Below are positions 63,056 through 64,000 of a DNA stretch of 64,000 bases, in pieces. The notes under the pieces are model-generated. The model ran no database searches. It had not been told where the DNA came from and saw only the letters and a list, made by a program, of their open reading frames with translations. A program made the position numbers and the translations under genes. The DNA is taken from assembly GCA_022710585.1 (NCBI GenBank), contig JAKLGV010000005.1, forward strand, positions 4,053 through 68,052, in the 5' to 3' direction. The stretch is from Deltaproteobacteria bacterium. Its GTDB lineage: Bacteria > Desulfobacterota > Syntrophia > Syntrophales > Smithellaceae. Numbering within the stretch: position 1 is the first letter of the stretch; every line of letters begins with the position of its first letter.

Positions 63056-64000
63056 TGGTTAAGAACAAAAAAATACCGAATGGCTGGGAAAGAGTTAAAA
63101 CTGATTTAATAGGTAATCTGCTGCGAGGTATTTCGTATAAGAAAGGCGATGCTATTAATGAGCCCCAAGAAGGCTATTTGCCCATTTTACGAGCAAATAA
63201 CATTAATGGTGAATTGAATTTCAGTGATTTGGTTTATGTGCCAAAGAAATATATTGAAGATTTTCAAATTATTAAAGCTGGTGATATTGTTTTTGCAATG
63301 TCAAGCGGTAGTAAACACTTAGTTGGGAAATCTGCTGTTGCAAAGAATGATTTTGATGGAAGTTACGGTGCATTTTGTTCTTTGTTAAGAATAAACGATT
63401 TAATTAATAAAAAATATATCGCTTATATTTTTAAAGGTAATTCCTACAGGAAACTGATTTCTGAAATTGCAAAAGGAACAAATATTAATAATCTGAAAAG
63501 AGAACACATTTTAGATTTTGAAATATCTCTTCCTCCCCTACATGAGCAGAATCGAATTGTCGCCAAGATAGAGGAACTGTTCAGCAGTTTGGATAAAGGC
63601 ATCGAAAGCCTCAAAACGGCGCAACAACAACTCAAAGTCTATCGCCAATCCGTCCTCAAATGGGCCTTCGAAGGCAAACTGACATGCACTAAAGACATTA
63701 AATGGTTAAAATTGGGAGAATTCTGTGATGATGTTGAATATGGCTCGGCTGCAAAATCAAAAAAGCAGGGTAAGATTCCAGTATTAAGAATGGGAAACAT
63801 TCAAGGTGGACGATTTGATTGGTCTGATCTTGTTTACACAGATAATGATGACGAAATAAAAAAATACTCACTTGTTAAAGATGATGTTCTTTTCAACAGA
63901 ACAAATAGTTCCGAATTGGTTGGCAAGACGGCCCTATATAAAGCGGAGAGACCTGCGATCTTTGCGGGTTATTTAATTAGAATAAAATATAAAAAAGATA
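63056..64000 (+). CDS. hsdS: Type I restriction-modification S (specificity) subunit, partial (runs off the window)
   Basis: Open frame from the ATG at 63056 to the window end; absent from the track because it has no stop. First target-recognition domain, conserved central helix LPPLHEQNRIVAKIEELFSSLDKGIESLKTAQQQLKVYRQSVLKWAFEGKL, then the start of a second TRD. Confidence 0.85.

Noticed and set aside
1-64000. Search for rRNA, tRNA, CRISPR arrays, transposases, integrases and prophage genes
   Set aside because: I found none by eye. There are no regularly spaced 25-40-nt repeats, no cloverleaf-like GC-rich 75-nt islands in intergenic regions, and no recombinase-like ORFs.

Overview
This 64-kb chromosomal window carries about 65 genes. 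Gene content suggests a strictly anaerobic, deltaproteobacterium-like genome: a selenocysteine formate dehydrogenase, an ADP-forming acyl-CoA synthetase, acyl-CoA dehydrogenase with EtfAB, PaaK plus ACT, a tandem ThyX and an HD-GYP regulator. That taxonomic guess is inference only. Most of the window is housekeeping: rtcB (partial), an LpxL-family acyltransferase, ccdA with a TlpA-like redox pair, ettA, htrA, murI, thyX, a PiT/DUF47 phosphate module, mutM, ybaK, a thioredoxin and a NUDIX hydrolase. A large Mo/W block runs from 45 to 56 kb: Sec-containing fdhA, an FmdE-like gene, DUF364, modABC, a MoaE-like gene and two moeA genes. The ORF track splits fdhA at an in-frame TGA, which I read as selenocysteine with a SECIS-like hairpin just downstream. 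Four regions look accessory or unexplained. (1) A 6.35-kb AT-rich insertion (33.4-39.7 kb) is bracketed by a 350-bp direct duplication of the 3' end of a GNAT gene. It encodes three exported proteins and no recombinase. (2) The interrupted operon pairs a lysine-2,3-aminomutase-type radical SAM enzyme with two Ddl-like ATP-grasp ligases and a GNAT, which predicts an undescribed beta-lysine-derived product. (3) A very AT-rich two-gene cassette (23.2-24.6 kb) encodes a zinc-ribbon protein and a small membrane protein with no recognisable family. (4) A type I R-M locus (hsdR-hsdS) runs off the 3' end of the window. A structured double-hairpin REP-like element occurs twice. I found no rRNA, tRNA, CRISPR array, transposase or integrase.
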